64,000 nucleotides of DNA from the human T2T-CHM13v2.0 reference genome, Homo sapiens. The notes below the pieces were generated by a model, which had not been told where the DNA came from, searched no databases, and saw only the letters and a program-made list of their open reading frames with translations. The position numbers were made by a program, and so were the translations under genes. Shown piece by piece: positions 13,517 to 31,100 of the stretch. Where the stretch lies: assembly GCF_009914755.1 (NCBI RefSeq), contig NC_060927.1. One strand, 5' to 3'. The first letter of the stretch is position 1. The number at the start of each line of letters is the position of its first letter.

Positions 13517-13983
13517 TCTATTGTCTAGGATGAAGACTAAGCTACCATTAAAAAAAAAAAAAAAAAAAAAAAGCTACCATAAAAAAAGAGGAGTGGCTTA
13601 AGGAATGAAGTTTATCTATCCCTTACCTAAAGTCAAGGAGTATGTTGTTCAGGATGGCAAGGCAGCTCTGCTCCACACAGTCACTCAGAGACCCAGCTTC
13701 TTTTCTCCTGCTGCTCTGCATCCCTGCATCATCAGTGGCTGCTGTTTGCAGCTGGGTTGCTGTTAAATTCAGGGTCCTGAGGGAGGCAAAAAAAATAAGA
13801 AGTCTCAGGGGTAGAAATGATATGTAAATTACATATGTCACATCTGTCCACAATCCACTGGTAAATATGTGGCCAAATGACCACATGGATCCACCAGGAG
13901 AGCTCCGAAATGTGACTTCAGTTGGGCATATCCTCAGAAAGAAGAGGGTGGATTTTAGCAGGCAACTAGCAGTCTCTCCTGCA
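13517..13983 (-). mobile_element. MLT1J-like MaLR solo LTR
   Basis: GCAGCTCTGCTCCACACAGTCACTCAGAGACCCAG; ends GGCAACTAGCAGTCTCTCCTGCA; TSD CCATC/CCATC within L2. Confidence 0.8.
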
Positions 13984-14135
13984 CCATCTATAAGCCAATA
14001 GCTAAAAATTCTGTATCTTTAGCTCAGCTCTCATTCCTTAGCTTCAGACTCAAACATCTAAATGCTTCCTGGACTGCTGCACTTCGATCTCCCACTTAGA
14101 TCTTAAATTCAGTATGTCCCAAACAGAATTTATAA

Positions 14136-14660
<525 letters not shown>

Positions 14661-17479
14661 CTCCTGTCTCCTTACTTCTTAACACAGCAGTAGAAAGACC
14701 ACTGAGTTCCCCCAAACAAATAATTGTGCCACATCCTTTACCCCCTTGCCTCCATTACTCTTGCTTCCCCCACCCTGCCAGAATTAAATCTATCATAGTG
14801 GTCTATTGATGCTCTATTCTACATCTCTCTCAAATATTTAGGTCATTGCAACTTACTTCCTTTACTACTACCTTAATTATTCCTCCAGCCTCCACTGTTA
14901 CTCATCCAAACTTACAAAATTCTTTATTCTCTGAATCTATTTGATTTCTCAGTTTGGACAGTAAGAGTTCAGAGAGGAAAGGACATTATGTTATCTAAAT
15001 TTGTTTGGTATTGTGAGTAGCAAGAGGTTCGAGACAAGGGATTTTGTATAAAATTTATCCAAGTCTCCTCACTCCTAAGGTGAAAACTGTGAGTTCTTAC
15101 TGTCTAATAAAGTGCATAGCAAGGGATACGTGTATTCTCCACAGTGCAGCCTGCAGTCTTTCTAAAATACAAATCTAATTTTACCACACTCCCACATATA
15201 TAACTTTTCAATGGCTTCCCATTGGCCTTAGGATAAAGTCCAAATTCTTGATGTGGCTTAGAAGTTTTACATATGCTGATTTTTGCTGAATTTTGCCACC
15301 TCCTCACTGGATTTTTGACTCCAGACATGGAGACGGTTTCTTATGGTTCTTTGAAACCATCTCTCCCTTAAGTCCTTTGCTAATGGCATTCCATTTGGCT
15401 GGAGCTCTCTTACTTAAGCTCAGATCCTTTTGCCTAACTAATTCCTAGCCATCCCTCAAGCAGCAGCTTAGTTATCCTGTCTTCTAGGCAATCATGGGAC
15501 CCTCCCCTGCAAATGGAATTAGGTGCCTTTTTCTACTTATTTTTTTAGCATCTAGTACTTACCTTGTATTGACACTTATAATATTTTATTATAATTGCTT
15601 TTTATTACTTATTTCCCAATCAAGAAAGTGAACTCTGTGATGACTGAGACTATTCTGCTCTCTGATACATCTGCAGATAGGATTGCGAATGTACTAGATG
15701 TTCAATAAATATCCACTAAATATTAATTTAATATTTGGATATCTGAGCACTTTGGAATGAGAATAAATGTAATTTAAGAACATTTACTCATAATTAAGTT
15801 CTTAATACAATTTTAATTAGGATGAATGGGTTATTTTATTTACTAAAGTACGTTTTATATAGAAATATATTCAATAACACTTTGAGAGTAATGAGCTAAA
15901 ATGAATGATGTCAGGACAGACATGGAAAGTCAGAGTCTGCTAGACTTCTGATCTCTCTTCCTTGCCTGAGTCTTATTGTGCATTCCACACGTACAGAGCT
16001 CTTGCCTGAGTCCCACAGTCTGATTTCTTGAGGCCTCCTCCATGAAAGTTATGAGGAGTTGGTAAGCATAGGGTCATAAGCCCATCAGTGGGTCTGACTG
16101 AACTTCATTCAGAGTCAAACCTCTCTCAGACACTTGTCTTAGGAAATAGTACTCAGCCACAGCGATAATCAATTATGAAGTATGTTCCTGGTGATTACTG
16201 GTAATAAAGTACCAATGCCTATTAATTTCTTTTAAATTAGAACAGATTCAATGTCATCTCTATAATAGCATCAGTATTACCATTTTCCATTTTGTATGTT
16301 TTCTTGAGAGAGAAAGAAATGATTCAATCTATGACAGAGCTGACAATGACAATGGCATGTGTACCTGATAAATTATCTGGTTATCTGGTTTTAAAAATGG
16401 AAATGAGTAAATAAGTTCACCTTAATACAGAAAATATGGGGTCACCAGGTATGAATTAGACAAAAGCAAAATTTAACACTTCCTTTCTAGATGGGGAAAA
16501 CAGGAGACTTACTAACCTAAGGGAATGTCTCAGGGCTGAGCAAGGCAGGGTGGTACTGCAAGAGGAAAGTGATGAAATCACCCTTTCTGAAAGCATGTGT
16601 GTCACAAGTAGCTGTATTTAACTCCTCCAGTTAGGGAGAAGCAGCATTTCCACCAGCGGGTTTGAGCAGATGTAAGTTCTAGGTGAATTTCTGTTACCTG
16701 CAAGGAGGGATGTGAATGCTCTCTTCATGAAGCTAAACTGGGTACAGTCATGGATTTCTTACAAGAGAATTTAGGGGCTTGACTGCCCATGCATCAGTAA
16801 CATACAAGTCTTTTTAAATTGTATTGGCTAAAACTAATCACATTATTATGTTTCAAACATAACATTTAGTCCTACATTCAACTTGTACCTAAAAAAGTAT
16901 GTTGCAGCAGCCAGCTTTTAATTTCAGGCTTCCAGGCTTTAATTAATTTAGAGGGCATTTACATCCAAAGAAAGAAAGTCTCATCACAAAGTGGAATTTG
17001 CACAGAGTGAAACCCTAGGACCGAAAAAGCAACTATCCCAGGGGTCCCTACCAACACAGTATGTGTGTCTCCAAAAGAAAAAAACCAAAGTATACAACCC
17101 TCTTTTTGGCTACCTCAATCAGCAACTGCGTAAAAGCCCCACATTTGACCTTAACCTATCCTACCAGGCATCCTCCTAGTTGTGTACTTGGAGATATCTG
17201 GAAGATGGTTAGAGACATCTGGTGATGTTCTAGAATTCAAAAGTGTGTGGAATGATGACTCCTCTAGAGATCTGATATAGAAAATTCTCAATAGTTTTGC
17301 ATACTTCACATTAATACAGCCAGGTCCTGCAGACCCAAACATAGACAGGTACTTTTTCTTAATTGTGTTATTTTTCTCTTTGGTTTATTTGCTGTGTCCG
17401 TTATTGTTCTTGTTGCTCTCCTTTGTTTCGTTCACTTGAAAAGTCAGTGCTTTGTGAAGGTATGTTAATGAGTTATGAG

Positions 17480-17769
<290 letters not shown>

Positions 17770-18529
17770 GAGTTATGTGCACTTGAAGGAAAATTTCAGA
17801 GGACATGGTGTAACGTCTGAAAGAGCTACAAGCCCTACTTGTTTCTGAAGATTTAAACATTCTCAGACTTGCTCTGAATGAAGAATCTCTAGTCCACATA
17901 GACATCGATCAGCTGCCTTTCATCTTCCTACGTCTCCTTCTCAAATTATGTGTGAAACTATAACATTGTAGACTGGATACTCCCCAGTGAATCCTAAGCT
18001 GTCCTAAAGATCATTTTCTACCACCCTGAAGGTTTAACTACAACTGCATTTAATTGGCATTGGTGGGCAATTCATTGGAGGCATTGCAATGTGACTTCAG
18101 GAAATGTCTGCCTACCATAGTGCTGGCAGGCTTATTTCTCTAAAACCTCATATCCCTTGTTGAAAAGTTTTGTGCTGCAATGTTGATGATATGTCCAGTT
18201 CAATCAATCAGCAAATATTTATGTTAAATGCCTGTTCTATCACTGCTGCTACATGACCTTCCCCCTCCATTGGCCAATGTGCTCCTGTGAATAGTGTTCA
18301 GGCAAAGGCCAGGATCATTCTTGTCTGACCCCAGTGGTTGCATGCTGTCGCTTCTAGTCCTTCCTAAGTGGAAAAAACAATGAATTTACCAAGAAGTAGT
18401 TATTGAGCACCTACTATGTGCATACAATTTTAATGCAGTTATGTTTCTTCCAGTCTGGTGAAACTCTCAAACACCAGGATGTCTCCCTCCCTCTCCCCTT
18501 CCTTTGTCCTTTCATTAACAGTTTATAAT

Positions 18530-19010
<481 letters not shown>

Positions 19011-19086
19011 GCTCTCTATATAAATAAAGCACTGCAATAAATGCTTGGGTTTGGGAATAGAAGTGATAATGAGATGAGTAAAATAG

Positions 19087-19405
<319 letters not shown>

Positions 19406-19799
19406 TTCCTCAAAAATTTAATATCAGAGGTAATACAATGCTTTTGTCCATTCTAAGACAGAACTAAGTGGCTGGTGCATTTCAGAATCCCTCCCTCATA
19501 TCCACTGAGTGATGACCTGAGTCTTTGGAATCTTCATAGTTGCCCTGACCTCTGAGGAGTTATCCTGGCACAACTCTATCTTGGGCCTGATCAAAGCTAC
19601 CTTTCTAAGAGCCACTGCTTTTTGAAAGCTGTTTGTAGAGCTGTATCTAAATATGATGTCCGTCTTCTCATCTCCTAGGCTCTCCAGTGCACTCCAGCAT
19701 GGCTGTTGGCTTTGTCTTTTCACTCAAACAACTTTCGTTAAGGTCATGATTGACCTCGATGTTGATAAAGTGAAATTTTTTTTTATTTTTATCTCAAGA

Positions 19800-20062
19800 G
19801 CCAGAACAGCATAGTGGTAAACAAAACATGGAACTCTGAAGTCAAATTGCCTTGGTTTGAAACATAACTCCTCTATTTACTAGTTGTGTAATCTCAAGAA
19901 AAACACTTCACCTTTCTGTACTTCACTTTCTTCATGCATAGAATGGGGATAATAATAATACTACATCATAGTATCAGTGGGAGGATTCAATGAGTTAATA
20001 TATGCAAAGCCCTGAGAAAATGTCTGAAACATTAAATGCTATAGATAGTAGATGTTATTTAT
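19800..20062 (+). mobile_element. MIR SINE, near full length
   Basis: AGCATAGTGGTAAA...ACTCTGAAGTCAAATTGCCTTGGTTTGAA...AATGGGGATAATAATA...GAGGATTCAATGAGTTAATATATGCAAAGC. Confidence 0.85.
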
Positions 20063-20127
20063 TATTGCCTAAACTGCTTGCATGTTAACAATTTTTTTCT
20101 TCTTTGATCCCAGTCTTCCATTGATTT

Positions 20128-21715
<1,588 letters not shown>

Positions 21716-21724
21716 GAAGACCAA

Positions 21725-22665
21725 ATTTGCTCAAATATTTTTCTATGACAGAATCTTCCTCTGAATTCTTGATTGACATATCAAAGTGCCTTCTTCTTGG
21801 CATCTCCACTTGACTGTCTCATATACAACTTAAACTCACCCTTTCTCCCTAAACTGGTTACCTCTGGTATTCCTCTATTAGTACATATAACCAGCATTCA
21901 ATGTGTTATGAAGCTATAAATCCAGGAATTATCTCCACTACTTCTGTCGCACTGACCCTTAATATCCAATCCATCACTGAGTCCTGAAGTTTAGAATTTC
22001 CATATCCTTTTATTCACATATTCCTCATCCCAGTCAATGCTACCATTATGTTTCACTTGGACTACTGCAATACCTTTCAGAGGGCTCTCTTCTCATCACT
22101 CTGACTCCTGTCTATCTGCTTCCCATATATCAATCAGAATAATCTTTACAAACAGGAGAGCCTATCATCACTTACTTAGAGCATTTTGATAACTTTCTTA
22201 TACTAGTATAATAAAGACAAACTAACTGCTTGAGCTCACAAAACATACATACATCAACTTTAAATCATCCCACATTTCCTCTTGCTTTCTTACTGCAGAG
22301 TCATTGACCATAGCTTCCTTTTACTAAAAGTTTCTTGCTCCCTCTCAGTGCAAGGCCTTTGTATATGTTCATCCTTCTCCTCTTTCCCTCCTCTTTGCCT
22401 CATTGGTTTCTACTCCTTTTGACATCCTAGCTGTATCATCACAGCCTCAGGAAGGCCTCCTCTGATTTTCCTCACTCAATATCCTTTTTCATAGCACTTT
22501 TCCTTGTTGTAGTTTCACATTCCTTCATGTCCTTTTTTGATTCTGTCTGTCTCATACCACAGACTACAAATTCTATGAGACTATGTCTCTGGGGGAAGTT
22601 GATTACTATAGTATAACAGGACCTGGCATATAAATGGTGCTCCAGTACACATTATTTGAAGGAAC
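21725..22665 (+). mobile_element. L2 3' region, probably continuing from ~19560-19790
   Basis: GGCATCTCCACTTGACTGTCT...AATATCCAATCCATCAC...GGACTACTGCAATA...CCTGGCATATAAATGGTGCTC. Confidence 0.75.
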
Positions 22666-23108
22666 TTAATCTTGGACCCTTTGAGTTCAGTTCTATATCA
22701 CAATGCCCAACATGGACCTCATCTTACAGGAGGGATGACTATACAAATACACATATGCTAATTATGGCAGGGTAGATATAATACTAACTGTGCTTAAAAG
22801 CTGCTATTTTTTAATACCTGTAGTCACAGGAATTGTGGTCAAATGAATTAGAGATGTTAGAGAACAACACAGTTTGTATGACTGATACTCAGGACTGAAA
22901 GAATAAAGCATTTAATTCATTTTGCCTTCTTAACATTGCTAAGACTGCAATTCCGGGGTCCTCTCTACTTACAGGCAGTATTACATGACCAAACTGCAAT
23001 ATAATAAATTTTTAGCTATATCTTATTTGTACTCTTATGTATAGCCATTATTTGAATTATTTTCTTCCCCAAAAAGAGGCTGTTTTAAGTTATGATGACT
23101 AAACTTAG

Positions 23109-23454
<346 letters not shown>

Positions 23455-24479
23455 TAAGGGAACAAGCTGGGAATTGCATTATTTTACCTTCAGAATGGCC
23501 AGAAATATTTCAAACTTCAGCCTCTTGATGATTTCATAGATGAATAACAATGTGGTTGGTTTTACTAAAAAACAAGAAGCTTACAGGCCTTTCTTATTCT
23601 GCAACCCTGTCCCAGTGTTTAATAATAAAATTAATTGTTTTATGGCCTTAATGTTCAAATGTCAAAGACTGTAAATTTGCCGCACGAACAAAATTGAATG
23701 ACCCTGCTTGGAAAATTTGTTTCTATTAATATTATAGGATCTGTTTAAAAAAAAAAAAAAAGCATCTGGACAGTTCATTTGAATGGCCACAAGAGAGCAG
23801 TAAGAAATTAAAGCTTAGGAAGATGACTCATAGTCACACTTACGTGTGTACTTTTTGCTATTAGGAAGAAATGAATAAAAAACCTACTTATATTTGTTCT
23901 TAAACTTGGCAATACAGTTTAGAATCTTTTTTTTAAAAAACAATTTAAGAAGGACAATATAGATAGCATCAGTAGATTAACTGAAAAGAACCTTGAATTA
24001 GAGCTTTTAGGAACCTCACGTTCATGCGTGAAAATGGAAAACAATAGTCACCCTGGGCAAAGGGACATCTTGAGAGGTCATCCAACACATCCCTGTGGAT
24101 TATGCAAGCCAAAAGGTATGTGTCCCACTTACTAAGTCCCACAGAAGATTCCAGCATCTGTTTCTAAAGTATGGCCAATATTTTACAATGTTAACTATAG
24201 GACTTTTTTTTAAATGTCAAATTCTATCTTTTTATGTTGTAATTCAGCTACTATATTAAGTAGTATGTAGGGATACCCTGAATCTTTTTTAAAAGTTCAT
24301 ACCTATTTCTTTATGTGCCCCTGCCCTTTACTGCTCATACAAACTTGGCCATTTTTTACTTGGAATCTTGGATATCATGAATTTTAAAAATGAATTTTAA
24401 AATCATGAATTTGCAAAATGAACGGCAATAGCCTTAATATGTGAAGTACTATGAGGAGTCAGTCTGAAAAAAAGATGAA

Positions 24480-25060
24480 GAGTAGAAAAGTAGGCAAAGG
24501 CTATGAACAGGCAATTCACAAGATTAGAATTATATACTCAATATACATATAAAAATTGTTTATGTGAATTTTTAACATTTTTAACCTAATAATTTCCCTG
24601 CTAAGAATTTATCCTGTGGTAACAATCAGACTAATAAGAGTATAGATTTTAAAGTAAAAATAATTGGGAAAGTAAAAACTTAAATTATGTCAAAGAAGAA
24701 GAATTTGTTAAATTAATTATAGTCATACAAATGGGGTATAAGGAAAGCCATTACAATACTATAAGTAAATATTTATTGACATTGAAAGCCATGGAACATT
24801 TTAACTTTCAATAAAGTTGAAAACATTATATATAGTATGATTCCACTTAGGAAAAAATTGCGAATGACTGCATAGAAAAATATTTGGATGATATACGCCA
24901 AAACAGCAATTATGTCTGGGTAATCATCTTATGGAGGATTTTCTTTTTGTTCTTTTTTAGAACTTCTTGTAGATTCTGAATTTTTCTTACTGTTTGTTTG
25001 TTTGCTTTGGTTTATTTTAACAATTAACATGTGTTACTTTTTAAATTAGTAAAATCACAA
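24480..25060 (+). mobile_element. Old L1ME-like 3' fragment
   Basis: GGCAAAGGCTATGAACAGGCAATTCACA, CTGCTAAGAATTTATCCT, TATAGTATGATTCCA. Confidence 0.6.
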
Positions 25061-27219
25061 AAAGCTACTTCTATGTTAGAAGAAGAAAATCCTCAGATAA
25101 TCTTAAGAGTTAGTTTGGTGAATTTGTGAGGTGTTTAAAATTTAATCCTTATGTAGTGAGTTGCAATGAAAACATGGCTTAATAAAATATAATTTATGAC
25201 ATCTACGTTTTCATAATAATATGAAAGAAAAATATATAACAAGCTACCAGGGTATATTGAGATTTTGTCTACATGCAGCTAATATAACTAGGATATTTTT
25301 AAATCAACTGAAATGGATTTCATAATTTATAATGTAAACAGCTTTTATTTTTAGGAAAAAATAAAAGTCCCCCTCACCCCTTTTACCCGTGAACAGGCCA
25401 GTGACCTGACCTTCAACCTATTTCACTTTTTCTAAATGTTCTAAATGGCCATATTCTTACATAGGCCCATATTTAATCTTTAATTAATATGAATATTTCA
25501 GAACGGCCTTTACTTAATATGTGTTCTGTATAGCTGAGGATATAATAATAAAATTAATTACAGAAGAAAGTTCCAGTTACTACAGATTTGGAAAAGAATA
25601 CTATGTTTCTTAGTATAAACTACTAGCAAGTATTTATTTTTAACCATGTTTAAATTGCTTCTATAATTTCTAAAATTATCAACTACTAAATATTTTTTAC
25701 AAACCTAGTAATAGATTAGATCTCAAAATAAAAGCACAAGATAAACAGATGTCATCTCCATCTTAAGATGTCAAACTGAGGCTCTGTACTTTGCCCACAA
25801 ATGATGTAGCTGGAACTGGGAAGGTATTCCATGCACCAATACATAGAACCCCCACAGCTTTTCATTAAAAAAAAAAAAGAAGAAGCTCTTTCCCTAATTA
25901 TTCATACTTGTCTCTATATAGCATTTTCTCAAATATTTGAGGCCATTTTCCTCCTATCACTTAACCCTTCCATATGGGGAAAAACAAAATGTCTACAAGA
26001 TATCTTTGGGGAACCACATTTCAGTGTTTTGTAATTTTATCCTTGCTTCTACTTGTGGGAATTAAGAGTTAGGCTTTGGCAGTGGGTGCAGGCAATACAG
26101 TCCAGTGAGCCAACTCAGAGCCCTTCCCACCACCAATGGCCTGAATCTCCTTAGGTGTTTGCCCATGTCTTGTACTTAATGCTTCTTCATTTGTGGAATC
26201 AGGACAGGCATCCTTGCTACTCTTATTAGTTGGCCACAACCCTATCACCCTTAAGAGTGTGTTTTATCCTTCACAGAAAAATAAAAAATGATGTTATGGA
26301 GACATGAGAGCACAAAAGGAAGTAAATGACTATGTTTTATCCATCACATCTGAAAATACAGTCTTTAGCAGCCCATGAAATTGTACTTGATAGCTAAAGC
26401 ATTTAAATGACCTCAACTGTGTGTTTCACAGGATGGCTTAGAAATAGGACATGGAGGTTCTGGTTATACAATAGAGGGAGCACTGCCATAATGATGAGTA
26501 AATGTACTAGTCATTCACAATCTTCCTTCTGGCTAACATTGAAAAGGAGTTATTCATCTAGCACTGGCCTTTGCCCTCTTTGGTAAAAAGGTTCCTTGAA
26601 TTTCTGAGGATCTCCTGATTTTTACCACAATCTCTCCCTATTCCCTTTCTTTTCTATTCCCCAAACATCACCCTCTTTTCACTCCTGTGTCTTTTGTTTG
26701 TGTGTGCTTTTAAACAACATGTTGAAAAACAAGACCATCAATTCCATTTTAAGAAAATCTAAAGGGAACCAAAAAGAGCAAAGACATTCAAACAGTAAAT
26801 AGACAGGAAGGTAAAGATGCAGGAGATGAGGAGGGAAGGGTTGCGAGTGAGGCGGGGGACAAGAAACACAGGGTGCTTCCTTTACTTTGGATGAGTCACC
26901 TGACACTGATTCTGTCTGGAAAAGGGAATGTAAGAACACTTCCTTAAATTCTATGTGAACAGATACAGTGCAGTGGTATGTAAAAACTCTTTGAAATATG
27001 TTCCTTTAAAAACTCCAAGTATTATTTTTAACTTTCAGCTGGCTTAGCCTTCATATTTCAGCAATTATAGAAAAGTGTGTTGCTGACATAAAAATTGGGG
27101 GGAGTGTTATCACTATATTTTCTTTTTATGTTTACAAGCTTGGCTTTTTTAGTAGAGTTAATAAAGTATATGGCAAGCCTAAGGTTGCTCAACTTGCTGA
27201 AAATAAAATATTAAGATTC

Positions 27220-28130
27220 CAATTCTATTAACATTGACCAAGCATCTAGAATGTGTTCGGTTCTCTTTCTAGGTACTAATAGAAACTAAATGAATGTAAG
27301 GCTCTCATAAGAATCAAAGCAACTGTGGCAGCAAGTGAAGGAAAATTCATGGACCCTGAGTTGGTTGTAGTAGACGGAGACTCTGGAACCCTTCCTGAGC
27401 TTCATTCTGACTAGAGAGTTTAGATAAATTCAATGATTTGCTCTTTGCTTCACCCATTGGGTAACTATGCCAGGCCAGGCAATGGCCCACGATGAATAAG
27501 ATATTTTCCTCAGGGAGCACACATTCTTGTACAGAAAGACAAAAAATGTACACGTGAGACAATAAAGCAACTAGATAATATTAGAGACTAATAAGTGCCC
27601 TAAAGGAAATAAAATAAGGTAGGATGATAGATAATCCCTCAGAGGTTTCTTTAGATTAGGTGACCAGGAAGAGTTCACTGAGGAGGTGACATGATGGACC
27701 AGCTGGAACTCCAAGGATGAATGAGAAGTTAGTAGTGTAATGAGGCAGGAAAAAAGTCTTTCAGGAAGAGAGAATGACCAGCCTGAGGGTTTCAAGACAG
27801 GACGAGGCCATTGTGCATGGAACATAGTGTGAAAGAGGAAGAGTGGTAAGAATTGAGGTCAGGGAAATGATACAGCCCAGCTCACGTTAAGCTTTTGATG
27901 TCACAGAAAGGAGTTTGGATGCTGATTAGAGTATAATGAGAGGTCACTGGAGGATTCCAGCAGCAAACAGAAGCTAACTCATTTACATTAATTTTGAAAG
28001 AAAATTCAGGTTTCTATGTAAGGAATGAACTATAGGAGAGGAAGACTTGAAGAAGAAAGAGGAATTAGAAAGTTACCATATAAGTCAGGTGAACAAAGAT
28101 GGTGCCACAAACCAGAATTGTCACACAATA
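27220..28130 (-). mobile_element. L2 fragment(s)
   Basis: GAGGAGGTGACA...GAAGTTAG...GGAAGAGAGAATGAC...GGAGTTTGGA...TCACTGGAGGATT reverse L2. Confidence 0.7.
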
Positions 28131-31100
28131 CCGGGTAGAATTAGGGCTTTTCGTGGTATATCTAGAAATCTTTGGTGGTCTTCCTCTGAAATATAATTAT
28201 ATTGTCTAACACACTGAACTTGTTGGTGACAGTCACAATTAAAGTACAAAACAGATGAGCCATAGCTCTACACTACAAGAACATTTTTACTTTTAGTAAT
28301 ATTCATTATTATTTTCTTCTTCTAACTTTAGAGCATCGTACCATAACTTGAAATGTGCATAATATTTACTCTGTCTTCACTCTCCTCACCACAAGCCCCA
28401 GGTTTCTCAATCTTCTCATCCATTGAAGGCAAAGAAGTGGGAGAGAGGGTCAATATATTGCTTATGTTAACAAAGAAAGCAAGAAGTAGAACTGCTAGCA
28501 GAACACAGGTACTATGTCTGGATTTCAATAATGCTATAATCAGAACCACATTGCTTTATAAAGGGAAATCTGGGCTTCTAAGAACTGTGAAGTGGAGATT
28601 TACCAACTGACCTAATCATTCAAAGAAAATGTCAAACTACAATAATAGATTTCTGTATTCCTGTCTGCCTGAAGAGCAGAGTTGGGGCCCCTGCTGGGCA
28701 TAGATCACGAAGCACACAATTATCCAGGCTCCAAGTTTCAGTAAAGAGTTTTGCTTAAATGTGCCAGATATTGTTAAAAACACAAAGAACCCTGTTCATA
28801 AACACCAGGCTTTATGCTGATCCAAAAGCCCGTGTTTATTTGTGTGGTCAATAGACTGCATATTTTAAGAATAATGTAAATAATAAAGTCAAACTACTTT
28901 ATTTGGTATGAGTGAAATTGATGGGCTCAATAATCAGACACATTTGTGGACTGCTGTATCTGTACATATGCTACTGATGAGAAATAGTGACTGTATACAT
29001 GTGAGAGAATTTATGGAAGCATATTTCAAAATTTACATATTCCATTCTGGAAAAAAAAAGTTCTCTTCTTTGCTTTGTGAATACAATTAGAAAAAAGAAA
29101 TATTTTTTTAAATGACTGCAATGACTACTCCTTAGCTATTTTTCCAAGTAAAAAGCAACACAGCAGTCAAGACCAATCAGACCTGGAGTGGAAAATGTTT
29201 CTAACCATTAAATATAATCAAAATACTTGGATAATGTCTTAACGTCTTACATTGGGTGGGGGTGGGGGATGTAGGTAAACCTTTACTTCTGAAATGAAGA
29301 CAATAGTGTTTCTCCCTACCAGAAAGAAATCTAAACTTGAAAAAATCTTCAATCTCACTGAATAAAGAGTTCAATCATAACTAGTTTTCAGAATATGTAC
29401 ATGTTTTCTTGAAATGCTCCCAAATTTCTTTTTGATCAATAAATGGTTCTTTTGACTGAATAAACTTGGTTTTTCTCATTTTTGTTTTTGGGAGTATTTG
29501 TTTGTTTGTTTTTGGTATGCCCCTATTCTTCTGTCTATAGTACCTGCAACCCAAATCCAAAATAATGTTCACTACAGATAGCTGAGCCCAAGCCCAAGTA
29601 ACCACCAATTGTCAACTAATTTTTTTAATGTGCTGAAACATGATTAAATGATTTTTTTTTCTGTTTAGCTTTAGGCAAAAGTAAGTTAACTCCTGTCCAA
29701 GTGAGGACTTATTCCATCATTGATTTCTGACTTTAAAAGCTATTGACGCTTATTTTTATAGGCTGTATTTATTTTCCTCAGATAGAGCCGGAGATCAGTT
29801 GAAATAGACATATAAATAACTCAAAATTATTTTCTGATTTTCAGTAAAGCATAGCTGGTCATTTGCAGAACTTTGCCCCTCTATCTAGAATGGAAACTTT
29901 TCACTTCTGCACTCAGAGGTAGGCATCTTCCCTTGATCACAGCACACTTTCTCTCAGAGCCTGGATGAGACTTCACAACAAAACTCACAAGTAGCTGTTA
30001 CAGAGATGAAAGCTGGTAAAGGAGATGAAACCTCCTTGCTGACCTATGTGCAAATGGAAGTGAGCTTTTTTCACATGATAGGAAACATACAAAGTACCTT
30101 CTCCTTCATGTCACATTCTTTCAATAAACTGAAGAGAATGCTGTGAGGGGAACTTCAGGATTGAGAAATAGACCCTCCCCCCGACAAAAAAAGATAAAAA
30201 GACCAAAAGAAAAAGAAGAAAAGATTGCACATTTGCACCCTGTGCATATTATCTGTATTGGCAAATCAACGCAGAACAGCAAGATGGTCAAAACAGAAGT
30301 TCTAAGTGCTCAGTGAAATCAGGATTGAATCCATATCCTCACAACTCACCAAGTTTCTACTGCTAAGTCATGTGGTGTATATATTGTGACTCTTGTCCTT
30401 GAACTACAATTCACAGGGGAGATTGTAGCATTGCTTTAAGTTGTAATTTTATGGAAGAGCTGATTAATGGAGGTCACAGACCAGATGAAATACTTAGCTT
30501 TGATTTGAGTCAACTTCACAGAGGATATTTTAAAGTATCAGACCAATACTAAATAAAAGCAGAAAACAGTACCTTGGATAATTGAAAGAAAAAAACATAA
30601 AAGAAAAAAATGGCAATTTCGGGTATATATTTTAAAAGTTAGTTCTAACTTGAATTTTGCTTATTTGCAGTCTTATGACTATACATAGATCTGTGTTAAA
30701 ACAAGGCCAATATTTTAGAGTAACATAGCAATGTGCATTAAGAAATCTATCTAAATCCTGATTAGCAATAACTGCTGCTTAAAATACTAGAATCCATTTT
30801 AGCATTCAACAATATAAATTATTTTAGTATTCTCAATATCTTTTTTAAAAAACCTCATAATATACTTTTTATAACCTCTTGTTTTAAATAGGATCAAATA
30901 CATACTATGGTAGAAACAGAGATTCCAAATTATAAATTTGGTAATTTATACTAAGTTTTAAGAGATAAGAAGCTAGTTCTTTCCCAAATTTTAAAGACAG
31001 ATAATTTGTTTTTTGTTACAGGGTCAACATTACCATCATTCAAGAAAAATATTTAATATAAATGAATGTAAAATATTAATATAAAATATTAATATAAAAG

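Noticed and set aside
15961-16012. 12-bp direct repeat CTTGCCTGAGTC about 40 bp apart
   Set aside because: Only two copies, no poly(A) or TIR between them; not an array.
24373-24423. Short ATGAATTTTAAAA-type tandem copies (similar at ~31070-31100)
   Set aside because: Ordinary slippage duplications in AT-rich DNA with no spacers; not CRISPR-like, and the DNA is eukaryotic.
23820-26900. Isolated AP-1 motifs (TGACTCA ~23824, TGAGTCA ~26892) as enhancers
   Set aside because: Single 7-mers occur at about chance frequency and cannot support a regulatory call without chromatin data.
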